DNA from: Octopus bimaculoides
Taxonomy: Eukaryota
Assembly: GCF_001194135.2 (NCBI RefSeq)
Contig: NC_068998.1
Location: 44,835,574-44,899,573 of the forward strand
DNA: 64,000 bases
Direction of reading: 5' to 3'
Below are positions 48,008 through 60,630 of this stretch, piece by piece. A program made the position numbers and the translations under genes. Position 1 is the first letter of the stretch. Each line of letters opens with the position of its first letter. Below the pieces are notes generated by a model. The model ran no database searches and was not told where the DNA came from. It saw only the letters and a program-made list of their open reading frames with translations.

Positions 48008-49019
48008 TATTCAATATTTTTTAAATAGTAGGATGTGGCTATAGGTGTACAGGATCGTGGTTGTCCTAGAACTAATGAAAAACAACAACAAAGATAAATA
48101 TTGTTGAGTCACTGTCAGACATCCTGAAATATCAGTCAGTTGGGATGCTATGAGGGGTGAAAATGCCTAACCTTTCACTCTCAAGTCCTTCACTGATATG
48201 GTCAGCTAATGGCATTCAGACTTACTGCTTCTTACAAACTCTCCTTCATTTTAATACCACCGTTACTGACCCAGAGACTGGTGTCTTAGTTTGTTTTTAA
48301 CTATTTAGTTACAAAAATGTAGCAGAATAATTGAGTACCAGTAAAATAATTCACAGTATTTGTCTTGGTTCATTGCATTCAGAGCTCAAATCCCATCATG
48401 ATTAACTTTGCCTTTTATCCCTCTATGGTTTATAAAATAAAGTACCAGCCCAAAACTGGGGTCAATGTAACTGGCTTGCTCTCCTTCCCCCATCCGCACC
48501 ACTCTCAAAATTGCTGACCTCGTGTCAAAATTAGAAAGAATTATTTAGCATCAAAGAAGAGAGACAGTACCTGCTTTTCTGAACTGGCCCACCTAGGCTG
48601 GTAGGGTTGTTAAATTACATCAACTTCAATATATTTTGGTTACATCAACTTCAATATATTTTAGAGACTGTAGCAAGAAAGGGAATTAGAGATGTGGGGG
48701 CAAAAGCAGCTTTGGAAGGGAAAGATTGAATGAAGTGTTTATATTTATTTATGTCATAATTTGTGAACAAAATGCTGTAGGGAAATTTCAGATCATGCAT
48801 ACAACCAAAACTGTTTTTTATTTGGACAAATTTTTGGCATCTGTTTGTGCAAATACTGATTACAAACATACAAAAAAATTTTTAAAAACAGAAATTTAAA
48901 CCAAATTTTTAAAGCAATTTTTTTAGCATATTTTAACTGAGAAAATATCAAAGAAATACAAAACATACACAATACAAAAACTACAAGTTACTATGGATTG
49001 ATATTATTAGTATGGTTCA

Positions 49020-49920
49020 AAAATTTTATAGTTACTGACAGCTTCATCAGATGTCACACTGTACATTATTTTCTATGTAATACCACATCTAATACCACTA
49101 TGTAATACCACATCTGCATGTGACCTCTTCACATCACCAATTGATCTCAATTTATATTTGATCTGTGTATTTATTCATGCTCGGGTAGTGTTTGTATTAT
49201 TGGTGGTATATACATTAGAAACAGGAATTAAGATTCGCTCAGTGATGGGAATGGTTTATGGTTATAGTCAAGGTTGAAAAGATTATTATATCTTTGCCAA
49301 TCACTGATAAAAAGAAAGCTTCATTCAAGTTCAACATTATTCATAATGCAGCTACTGAGGTCACAGCAGGGTGATTGGTTCGCTTATGTGTTGAAGTCAT
49401 CTTTTTCTGATTTTTGGCAATGTTATCAAAAGATGCAATGAATTAAGATAGTTAAACAATGCTGCTATCAGGACTTCTGGATTTGAACCACTTTCGTCAG
49501 TTTGGATCACTACATTACACCCCACCTTATAAGGCTTTTGTGGAACAAATATCACAAAAGTATAGATACCTCTGAATTGCTGCTTCGCCACCAATACCAT
49601 TCAATGAAATAAAACAGGTCTCTGAGACCTCACATACAAAATTTAATGGTAATTGAAATGCTGCAGACATTATCTATTTAGATTTTTTTTTCTCTTTAAG
49701 AAGTGTGTTGCTTCACAGAGACACTGTCTTTTTACATTTTGTAGTATTATCTTCAAATAACAGCATCAAAATATCTTTGAGATAATAGCATGTTATGACC
49801 ACATACACACATACATTCACACAGAACTTATTACTGGCATTTGTGCAGTTTGCTTGTAAAAACTGCACGACAGAATTAGGTGCTAAATTGTCCAGCATTT
49901 CCATTCGTGGAGTAACCATT
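49020..49920 (-). pseudogene. Highly decayed piggyBac-like transposase relic
   Basis: QFRGIYTFVIFVPQKPYKVG...D resembles the FRGR..F..Y.P.KP.KYG.K motif of piggyBac DDD transposases; upstream KDIL.LLFED.TT resembles IL..LRFDD..TR. Many disruptions; no TIRs found. Confidence 0.55.
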
Positions 49921-50595
49921 TAGAGTTGTCAAAAAACAATTTGCAAAAATTGTTTGAAAAAATATTTTGCCAAAAAAAAAAAAAATTTGAAGATCATTTG
50001 AATTAAGAAAAAATGTATAATAAAATAGAGGCAGATGCATAATTTAAAGCTGTAGCAGATTATTGGTTACTGGTTTCCAACAAATCTGTCAGTATTCTTA
50101 ATGGTGAAAATTAAATAGGAGTGTCCAGGCCACATCTTCAGTCTGAGGATAATTTCGTCCATTCTTCCTACCAGACCTCTCAGACTCCTTGAAAAACACA
50201 AGGACATAGGCATTACCCTTACATCTCTTCCATCCCTGACTAATCAGTACAAAAACTAATCATACTTGCCATTGTAAAAAAAAAAAAAAATTAAAATATA
50301 AAAAAACAGAAGTACACATTGAGTAATATGATTNNNNNNNNNNNNNNNNNNNNNNNNNNNNNNNNNNNNNNNNNNNNNNNNNNNNNNNNNNNNNNNNNNN
50401 NNNNNNNNNNNNNNNNNNNNNNNNNNNNNNNNNNNNNNNNNNNNNNNNNNNNNNNNNNNNNNNNNNNNNNNNNNNNNNNNNNNNNNNNNNNNNNNNNNNN
50501 NNNNNNNNNNNNNNNNNNNNNNNNNNNNNNNNNNNNNNNNNNNNNNNNNNNNNNNNNNNNNNNNNNNNNNNNNNNNNNNNNNNNNNNNNNNNNNN

Positions 50596-50910
50596 TGGCA
50601 CCTTGGGCAAGTGTCTTCTACTGTAGCCTCAGGCCGACCAAAGCCTTGTGAGTGGATTTGGTAGATGGAAACTGAAAGAAGCCTATCATATATATATGTA
50701 TATATATGTTTGTGTGTCTGTGTTTGCCCCCCCCCCATATCGCTTGACAACCGATGCTGGTGTGTTTTCGTCCCCATAACTTAGCAGTTCAGCAAAAGAG
50801 ACCAATAAAATAAGTACTAGGCTTACAAAGAATAAGGCCTGGGATCGATTTGCTTGACTAAAGGCGGTGCTCCAGCATGGCCGCAGTCAGATAACTGAAA
50901 CAAGTAAAGA
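50596..50910 (+). mobile_element. SINE family D (5' end in gap)
   Basis: tggcaccttgggcaagtgtcttc...aaggcggtgctccagcatggccgcagtc...gaaacaagtaaagag. Confidence 0.92.
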
Positions 50911-51828
50911 GCATATAAGCACTGCTAGAACATCTTTGTTTATAAATCTACATGATCAGGGCTGACCTTGAGCTAAACAAAAGATATAGTTCTTTATCCA
51001 TATGTTTAGTCCACATTATTCGTCAAGAAGTATAGGGCTAGTTTCCCAGTTTCTCTGGAATATATATTCCTCCCAGGACAGGACACCAGTCTGTCACAGA
51101 ATTGCTCATTTTTTACCCTAACCACTAAGCCATACACCTCCAGTAGTCATCTATTATAATTCCATTCACATCTCAGATGTCTCATAGGAATATAAATTAC
51201 TTCCAGTGTTTGACTGGTACTTTATTATATTGACCCTGAAAGAATAAAAAGTAGTTGAATTTAAATGCAGGACATAAAGGACCATAAAATATGTCCAGAA
51301 ATTTTTGTCTGACACCATAAAAGTTTCTGCCATCACTGCTACCACATTATGACATGTCTGTTTTCACCAGAACTTTCATCACAGTCCTCAAGCATTGCGA
51401 TGTTATTTAACATCTCAATAAATCATACATTTTTCTCACTCATATATTATTGGATTAAAGGAAAATCAATTGAAAGCATTGGATATTTCTCAAAATATTA
51501 TCTAAGATTATTGCATTGATAATGAACAAGTGGACTTCATAGAAGTGACTGCTGCAATCTTTATGTCCCTGCCTTCGTATTTTATAACATGTTATTGGAA
51601 AATTTACTCTTCATGTAGCTTGCTAGAGAGAGAGAGGGAGATAGTAAGAGATAGAGGGGGATAGTAAGGGAGAGATAACTATGTAAATCAATTAGAACTA
51701 CATTACAGCCACTACTTCAATATTCAGATCATCAGAATTTTGAAACTCGAATTTCTCTCTACATGCTGAAATTAATTTGTCTCATACTGAGGGTTCTTCA
51801 CCATTTTCAGAAATATTTAGTTGGAATA

Positions 51829-52158
51829 GTGAAGGCACATGGCTCAATGGTTAGAGCATTTGAAGTAGTGAGTTTGATTCCCAGACCAGGCTGTGTTGTG
51901 TTCTTGAGCAAGACACTTTATTTCACATTGCTCTCGTTCAGTCAACTGTAGAAATGAGTTGTGACATCACTGGTGCCAAGCTGTATTGGCCTTTGCCTTT
52001 CCCTTGGATAATATTAGTGGCATGGAGAGGGGAGGCTGATATGCATGGGCAACTGCTGGTCTTCCATAAACAACCTTGCCCGGACTTGTGCCTTGGAGGG
52101 GAACTTTCTAGGTGCAGTCCCATGGTCATTCATGACCGAAGAGGGCATTTACCCATTG
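51829..52158 (+). mobile_element. SINE family C
   Basis: Head gtgaaggcacatggctcaatggttag; core ttgagcaagacactttatttcac; flanking repeat gttggaata at 51820-51828 and 52159-52167. Confidence 0.88.
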
Positions 52159-52389
52159 GTTGGAATATACCATTGTATGGTAAACTTTATCCATCAGTTT
52201 GCATTTTTCTAAATACTTTAAGCAGAGAAAGAACACCTGACCTATAACACTTTTCAGGTCCTCCAAGACTGGAAAAAGGATGGAGGATGTTATTCTCAAA
52301 CCAGGAACCTGGTCCGGATGCTTGCAACAAAGGATACCCCACTGAAGGTACCCAGGAATAGATGGTAGTGTTAAATTGAGTAACAGATT

Positions 52390-52487
52390 TGAGGCTATAG
52401 TCGAAGACACTTGCCCAAGTTGCCACACAGTGAGACTGAACCCAGAACCACATGGTTGGTAAGCAAGCTACATACTACATGGCCACT
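52390..52487 (-). mobile_element. SINE family D head fragment
   Basis: gaggctatagtcgaagacacttgcccaag...aaccacatggttggtaagcaagc. Confidence 0.8.
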
Positions 52488-52731
52488 ATTCTTCAGATAA
52501 TTCACTGATACTAGAAAATTGCCACATATTTTACTTTACATTTTGTCTTTTTGTTTTAAATGTATGTCAAGTGAACTTTGAGAAATAAATAGGATATCAT
52601 TTTCTTTAAAAGGTGATTGAATTCTTACCCCTTTCTCTAAATGAAATGTATATATATTTACATATAAATAAGAAAATAAAGAAAAGGGTAAAATTAACAA
52701 AAACAATAAAAATGAACGAAAAATTCCTACA

Positions 52732-52734
<3 letters not shown>

Positions 52735-52790
<56 letters not shown>
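52735..52790. repeat. (TG)n microsatellite, representative of many (TA)n/(CA)n/(TG)n/(TC)n/(ATT)n/(CAT)n tracts
   Basis: Directly visible; others at e.g. 2025-2070, 5727-5762, 12925-12985, 21375-21455, 45575-45655, 55037-55092 and 58565-58617. Confidence 0.98.
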
Positions 52791-52796
<6 letters not shown>

Positions 52797-55033
52797 TGCG
52801 AATTTATATAAGTGTCTGTGGGAATGTATTTGGTCTTTCCAATGAATCAATATTTTCTCAAGCAGCTATTGATTATTATATTTCTGTCTTGTGTCTTATT
52901 CTTCTCTTTGTAACACCACACTTCTCTCTTCTGCACTCTTATATGCTATCATGGCATGCTTTGCTAAAGCAATGCCTTGCCGATAAGTCTGCAGACAACT
53001 GAAATACAAGGCAATAATATTTTCTAATTAAAGCACGATATGATCATGTGGCTTCTTAGCCACACTTGGGTAGAACATTTGCAGAAGATATATCCTAATT
53101 ATTTCTGTCAAAATGCATGAATTATCTTTCTACCAAATCTTAATACACATTTTGTTTTGTTTTGTTTTTTTGAAGATTCTTCTGCATACTTGGGGAAATA
53201 TATTTGACATTTAATATTATCTGAGAATAATCTTTGCAGAAGTGTAGAATTCACTTCCAAGGTTACTACATCTATGACAACATGTTTATGATACCTTACA
53301 GCAACTTACAGTGAATAAATTTCATTTATGAAAACATATTTAATATTTCCATGCAGAAGTTTTAGGACACAATTTAACAAATTTAGTCAGAATCTCTCTT
53401 CAAAGTTGTAAAACAATTCTGAGAATTACTAGACACTAGTTTATTGGAGCAAATGTCTTCCATTTGCTTGTTATAGTTCCAATATTTTGACCATTGTACT
53501 CTCTATCCTTCTTCAAATGACTATAGTATTCCATAAGGTTTAGAGGGTACACAGCTGAAACATTGTAACCATAATAACCAAGATGAGGACTAATTCAAAA
53601 ACATCATAATAATGATAACACCTAATTCCATAGCTTCTGAAGATTTCTACACATAAAGTTGATGACTGAAAGTATTGATAGCTGAGTGGAGAGCGTTCTA
53701 GAAAATTTGTTGAAAGAATAGCATTTCATATATTACGCCAATGTATCTTTGGCCAGGACATTTATCTCTCAAACTTCCCTGATCACCCAGCTGTAAATAG
53801 ACACCTTAATCAGAACAGGAGCAATTCATTACACCAAGAAAGGTTAACATTTGACAAACGAGATTATTGGTTTAGAATTGGGTTCATGTCCACTGGGCTT
53901 GAAAAATCCAATCCCCTTATTGTGTTGTTCATCCTCCTCACCATTGAATCCTAGTTATAATTATGGGTTAGATATGATGGCTGAAGTATACAGCGGTACA
54001 ATATTGACTATTCTATGTGAAACTCAGTATGCACAAACATTCTTAAACTGTTTCTTAGTCATGGGGCAGAAGGAATTATAAAGAAACAGGGTTAACTATA
54101 GACCAGATCCAACGTGGTGATTAAATTTCATATATGAAAACATCCAATTTAAGACCATGTCTACATCCAAAAGTAAAACAGTTGCTAATGATAAAAATTC
54201 AAACAGATTGAAACTTAGTGCAGGTGTAAATATTGTAGATGCACACTGTATAAAGTGGTTGGCATTAGGAAGGGCATCCAGCTGTAAAAACCATGCCAAA
54301 GTAGACAGAAAAGCTTGATCCAGTCTTCTAATTTGCCAGCTCCTGTCGAACCATCCAACCCTTGTTATCTCTAGCAGGCGGAGCAGCCATGTCAAGGCTC
54401 TTTCCTTGCCTCATGACGGAAATAAGAAAGGAAGAGGAATTAAATGAGTAAGTGAAGAGAGAAGGATGGTGGTGTTGAATGAAGGAGTGAAAGGGAGAGT
54501 AGATGGTGGTGGAGGAAACTGATGAGAGACAATAGATGATGGAGAGAGGGAGAGGAAAATTATTATAGCATCCAAAAGTGTGAGACGGAAAGAGAGCAGA
54601 GGGGAAAAAAACAAAAGCAAAAGTTGATTAAGAAAATTTAAAAAACTGGAAGTGGAGAGTGATTGTACATAAAGGCAATGAGTAGTAGTGTCAGGAGTAA
54701 TGTGGTGTGAACAAGAAGAAGGGGTGAGACCGAATGTTACTAAAAACGATATGAGAGAGGGAGACAGAGAGAGTCCAAAAGAGAGCAGAGTCAAGGGTTT
54801 TGTTAAATTTTTTAATTATTTAAGTTGTATAACTACACATAACAACCTACACACTTATAGATTATTATGATTATTATTATCATTATAACAACTGAAGACT
54901 AAGTTGGGTTGGTTAATTAATTAAGTAATTAATTAATTAATGAGTCACTTGGAGAAAGTTGGTAAATTAAAACATTCTGCTGGACTTGTAATTAAAAACA
55001 AATCGATTATTACTTTTCAGCCTGCCCCCTCCA

Positions 55034-55094
<61 letters not shown>

Positions 55095-56699
55095 CCCTGT
55101 TTCTTTTGTTTAAACAGACAAAGACAAAAACTTATATATCTTTGTTTAGTCTCTGCTTCTACAACCCGAGCAATGAGTTGGATGTGGAGTAAAAGAATAT
55201 TGGGGAGAGAAGGGAGAAGAAGGGAGACAGAAAAAAAGAACAAGTGAGAAAGATGGTGGGTGGATGAGAGTGACCACGGCTTGGGCAGAAAGAGTAAGTG
55301 CAAGCCGTAGAGAAAAAGAAATGGAAAATGAGTAGAGAGAGAGAGACAGTCCGGTGGCAAAACAGAGACGTCAACATCTAAGAGACAGAGAGTGACGAGG
55401 AGGAGGATGGTGAGTGTATCAGACAGTCCTGGCTGGAAGGATTGTAGAGTTAGCATATATGAGGAACAGAGAATTTGTAGCAACAGTTGGAGTTTATTTG
55501 GGCAACAAATGGTTTTGAGAACATCTTAGAAATTTATTTATTTCTGCGAAATATAGCTTTTGCTAACTAAAAAAATATATAAATATCATTTGAAGAAAAA
55601 TCCAATATTCCCTCATCTTGGTGCAATTTTGTTTACCAATTTGTAATTATTTCCATAATTGCAGACTATACCTATGTGTATACATCTACGAAAAAGCGGT
55701 ATAAAATGATGACTATCTGTGATATATTAGATGAAATGAACATTTACCAACAGAATTATCATATTTTGCTGTTTCTTCAGAATGTCAATTTAGTATGAAG
55801 TATATACACACACACACATGCATACACACAGACATACAGACATGTATGTATGTGTCTGCGTGTGTCCCTGACCAATTCCTACCAGCTTGGCAACACAGAC
55901 ATAAAACAAATGAGCAATACCTACATACATCCATCCATACATACATACATACATATATATATACATATATATATATATATTATGCATACATTTATATATT
56001 ATTCATTTACACACATACATATAAACACACACAAATATATATAGTGAGAGAGAGAGAGATACACATGTATTTATATATGTATATGTATGAATCTATGTAT
56101 GTATGCATGTGCACACATGGTAATTGCTCTATCTCCACAGATGATTGGTGTCACATGTATATATGTGCATGTGCAAACATACACAAACGTGTATGTGAGC
56201 ATGCACACGTATGCACATGCACATACATAGTCATTATAATGTGCCTCTGTAATTTTAACTTATAATATTTTATAACTCTATTTCTGTATATGATGAAATT
56301 AATCTGTAAACATTGAGAAACATGATGCATCAATTTTATTGTCATCAGTGAAGAAATGTATTGCAGTTGTTTATTAATTTTAGAAATTTAAGAATTTCTC
56401 TTAATTTTATTTTATAGGAGAAACATGTACAAACATGTATTTATTTAACTAAACTTTGCTCTATAAATGATTTGTAAGTTAGAATAAACTAATGAGATTT
56501 CAGAGTATGTAACTGAAAATCAACTGCAAAATAGAATTTCAGAAATTGCCACAGTTCAAATTTAAGAATTTCAACAAGAAATCTATTTAATAAATTGTTT
56601 CTTTTATCCTTTTTACAGAAAAATTCTACCATCTATAAAAACAATAGTTACACAAATTTAAAATTGCAGAAGGTCTTTATCATGACTTTATATCACTGT

Positions 56700-57081
56700 G
56701 TGGAGGTGCAATGGCCCAGTGGTTAGGGCAGCGGACTCGCGGTCATAGGATCGTGGTTTCGATTCCCAGACCAGGCGTTGTGAGTGTTTATTGAGCGAAA
56801 ACACCTAAAGCTCCACGAGGCTCCGGCAGGGGATGGTGGCGAACCCTGCTGTACTATTTCACCACAACTTTCTCTCACTCTTACTTCCTGTTTCTGTTGT
56901 GCCTGTAATTCAAAGGGTCAGCCTTGTCACACTGTGTCACGCTGAATATCCCTGAGAACTACGTTAAGGGTACACGTGTCTGTGGAGTGCTCAGTCACTT
57001 GCACGTTAATTTCACAAGCAGGCTGTTCTGGTGATCGGATCAACTGGAACCCTCAACGTCATAAGCAACGGAGTGCCAACA
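56700..57081 (+). mobile_element. tRNA-derived SINE, family A, full-length
   Basis: A-box tggcccagtgg, B-box ggtttcgattcc; exact 10-bp TSD atatcactgt at 56690-56699 and 57082-57091. Confidence 0.93.
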
Positions 57082-57122
57082 ATATCACTGTACATGTATG
57101 TATGTTTGTATGTATTGCATCC

Positions 57123-57166
<44 letters not shown>

Positions 57167-57875
57167 TCTTTCTTTAATCGAAAGAGCCTTCAAATTCCTT
57201 TTGGAAAAAGTCGTTTTCAGTTCAGTCATTTTCTTCTTCAACCATTTTCAATTTTGGTATATATTTGCACAAATACATCTAAAAGATATTCCAGTAATTA
57301 ACTTGAAAGGCATTTCATTATCTGTCACCAAATTCCACTGCCATCTTCATTCACCATCATCCTCATCATCATCGTCCTTATTATCATCCTGAAGAGGACA
57401 CAAATGTGACTTAAAAATTCACAGGTAAACGAAAAACTACAAATAAATAACAAAAGTTTAATATGTCTAAGAATGTCTGCATGCCTGCATGTGAAAATGC
57501 ATCGATAAGTATAATTTTTTATACACTTTTTATATATATTCTTACATATTTATTCAGAAATGTAAGCATGATTTTTGCCTGAATGTATGTATGTATTTAA
57601 ATAAACATTGGAGTTTTGTCATGTTTTTTTTTTTCCTGGCGGCCCAATCAATGATGGATGTAATAAATATAATGGTAATGATGAAGTGAGAACTGTTCTT
57701 ATAAATATAACACTTTTGTTTATTGACTTGTACATTAACATTCGGAAGGGTGACAATGTTATATTTGAAAAGTTTAATGATGTGTAAAATGGTTTGATCT
57801 TAATTTAAATTATGAAACATCTAACTGCATTATATATATGTTTACATATGTATATATATATATGTTTATATATAT

Positions 57876-57937
<62 letters not shown>

Positions 57938-58575
57938 GCACATACATAACTATATATATATATANNNNNNNNNNNNNNNNNNNNNNNNNNNNNNNNNNNN
58001 NNNNNNNNNNNNNNNNNNNNNNNNNNNNNNNNNNNNNNNNNNNNNNNNNNNNNNNNNNNNNNNNNNNNNNNNNNNNNNNNNNNNNNNNNNNNNNNNNNNN
58101 NNNNNNNNNNNNNNNNNNNNNNNNNNNNNNNNNNNNNNNNNNNNNNNNNNNNNNNNNNNNNNNNNNNNNNNNNNNNNNNNNNNNNNNNNNNNNNNNNNNN
58201 NNNNNNNNNNNNNNNNNNNNNNNNNNNNNNNNNNNNNNNNNNNNNNNNNNNNNNNNNNNNNNNNNNNNNNNNNNNNNNNNNNNNNNNNNNNNNNNNNNNN
58301 NNNNNNNNNNNNNNNNNNNNNNNNNNNNNNNNNNNNNNNNNNNNNNNNNNNNNNNNNNNNNNNNNNNNNNNNNNNNNNNNNNNNNNNNNNNNNNNNNNNN
58401 NTTAAAGGGTCGAATGTTTTAAACAGTTGGTAGCTATGATAGGGAACCAAAATACTCTGTAAAGTGTAAAATTGTAGAATAAAAAAAAACCAGTTTATCT
58501 ACCATTTCTCACCTTATAATAAACACCTTTATGTTAACCACTGAGAGCAAAATAAAAACAAAAATAATAATGATG

Positions 58576-58617
<42 letters not shown>

Positions 58618-58619
<2 letters not shown>

Positions 58620-58975
58620 CCTTTCTACTGGAGGTACAAGGTGTTAAATTTGTGGGGAGGGGACTAGTCGATTACATTGACCCCAGTGTTTATCTGGTAC
58701 TTAATTTATTGACCCCGAATGGATGAAAGGCAAAGTCAACCTTGGTGGAATTTGAACTGAGAATATAAAGACAAATGAAATACCACTAAGCATTTTGACT
58801 GGTGTGTTAATCATTCCACCAGCTCACCACCTTAATAATAATAATCATTTCTACTCTAGGCACAAGACCTGAAATTTTGGGGGAGGAGGCCAGTCAATTA
58901 GATCGATCCTGTTATGCAACTGGTACTTAATTTAACGATCCTGAGAGGATGAAAGGCAAAGTCAACCTCAGCAGT
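58618..58975 (-). mobile_element. Two head-to-tail SINE family E copies in an (AAT)n tract
   Basis: Copies at ~58618-58832 and ~58846-58975, each preceded by aataataat. Confidence 0.85.
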
Positions 58976-59968
58976 TAATGATAACGATAATGATGATGAA
59001 GATTTCTTATATTTGCACTCTCCCTCTTATTTTTGCGTGGGGTGCTAAAAACAAATTATTAACGATTTCCGTATGAGAACATCCACCACTTAGGAAAATT
59101 TTTTTTGTGTGGTGGGCTTAATGGCAAAGGTTATTTCGAAAATGTTAAAGGTTTAAAAGTAATAAGGCAATTTGTAATTAAATAGCACTTGTTGATGCTC
59201 TAATCTTGTCAGATTTCCAGTGTCATGTCATTAAGAATTCATAAAATTAATATATTTTATTCTAAATAGTTTACGACAAAGGCAAAAATGAAATCATTTA
59301 TTCTACATAGTGATTTTATGGCTTTATAGTTTAGGGGCTTTTACAGATGTTTGTGAATATTTGGATGTTTAATATTAGAAACTGTCTGAATTTTATTGAG
59401 AATCAATTTATAAATTCAGAAATATCATGTACATAAATTAAAGATTAAAGACAAAACCAAAATTAGATTCTAAAAGGAATCTTTTTTGTGTGTATTTTTT
59501 AACACAAATTGTAGGGAAGTAAAATGTCTTTCCCTGTTTATATTAATTTTTTACTTTTTTTCCAGTTATGAATTGCCATCCAAAAGTATACTGATAGAGG
59601 AGACTTTTAGACTGACCATTTTTGGATATCTTCTGTGTTATGACAGTGTGGCAAATATGTTTATTTCAAACCACAACATTTTAGATTTGATTCCACTGCA
59701 TAGTACCTTGGACATGTGTATCTCATCTTGGCTTCAGGAATTCAGTACTGTGTGAGCAGTGTTGTAGCCCATCATGCACACACACAGACAGACAGACAGA
59801 TAGATAGATATGAATATGTTAATTTTTATTGACATGACACTGAAAACTGAAGACTCTAAAAAGAGTTGAAATATAGCCACAGTTTCCCCTTTTTATGTCA
59901 GCACACATAATGTACAGAGGAATTGATTACAATTATCATAATGCCTAGAGTTGGCCCAAAACATATAT

Positions 59969-60038
<70 letters not shown>

Positions 60039-60385
60039 NNNNNNNNNNNNNNNNNNNNNNNNNNNNNNNNNNNNNNNNNNNNNNNNNNNNNNNNNNNNNN
60101 NNNNNNNNNNNNNNNNNNNNNNNNNNNNNNNNNNNNNNNNNNNNNNNNNNNNNNNNNNNNNNNNNNNNNNNNNNNNNNNNNNNNNNNNNNNNNNNNNNNN
60201 NNNNNNNNNNNNNNNNNNNNNNNNNNNNNNNNNNNNNNNNNNNNNNNNNNNNNNNNNNNNNNNNNNNNNNNNNNNNNNNNNNNNNNNNNNNNNNNNNNNN
60301 NNNNNNNNNNNNNNNNNNNNNNNNNNNNNNNNNNNNNNNNNNNNNNNNNNNNNNNNNNNNNNNNNNNNNNNNNNNNNNNNNNNNN

Positions 60386-60630
60386 GCGGGTGGCACATAA
60401 AAGACACCATTTCGAGCGTGGCCGTTTTCGTGCGGGTGACACGTAAAAGCACCCACTACACTCTCTGAGTGGTTGGCGTTAGGAAGGGCATCCAGCTGTA
60501 GAAACTCTGCCAAATTAGACTGGAGCCTGGTGTTGCCATCCGGTTTCACCAGTCCTCAGTCAAATCGTCCAACCCATGCTAGCATGGAAAGCGGACGTTA
60601 AACGATGATGATGATGATGATGATGATGAT
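60386..60630 (+). mobile_element. Young family F copy with (GAT)n tail
   Basis: gagtggttggcgttaggaagggcatccagctgtagaaac...ccatgctagcatggaaagcggacgttaaac(gat)n; CpG-rich. Confidence 0.92.

Noticed and set aside
48615-48662. 23-bp direct duplication with GG spacer (similar 25-bp-period duplication at 49073-49115)
   Set aside because: Consistent with ordinary slippage or repair duplication; no further structure.
49020-49920. Domesticated PGBD gene
   Set aside because: Multiple stops and frameshifts; treated as a decayed transposon relic.
56700-56780. tRNA-like sequence with A and B boxes (also at 544, 26638, 39530, 51829)
   Set aside because: No complete cloverleaf; continues into a SINE body with TSDs, so it is a SINE head, not a tRNA gene.
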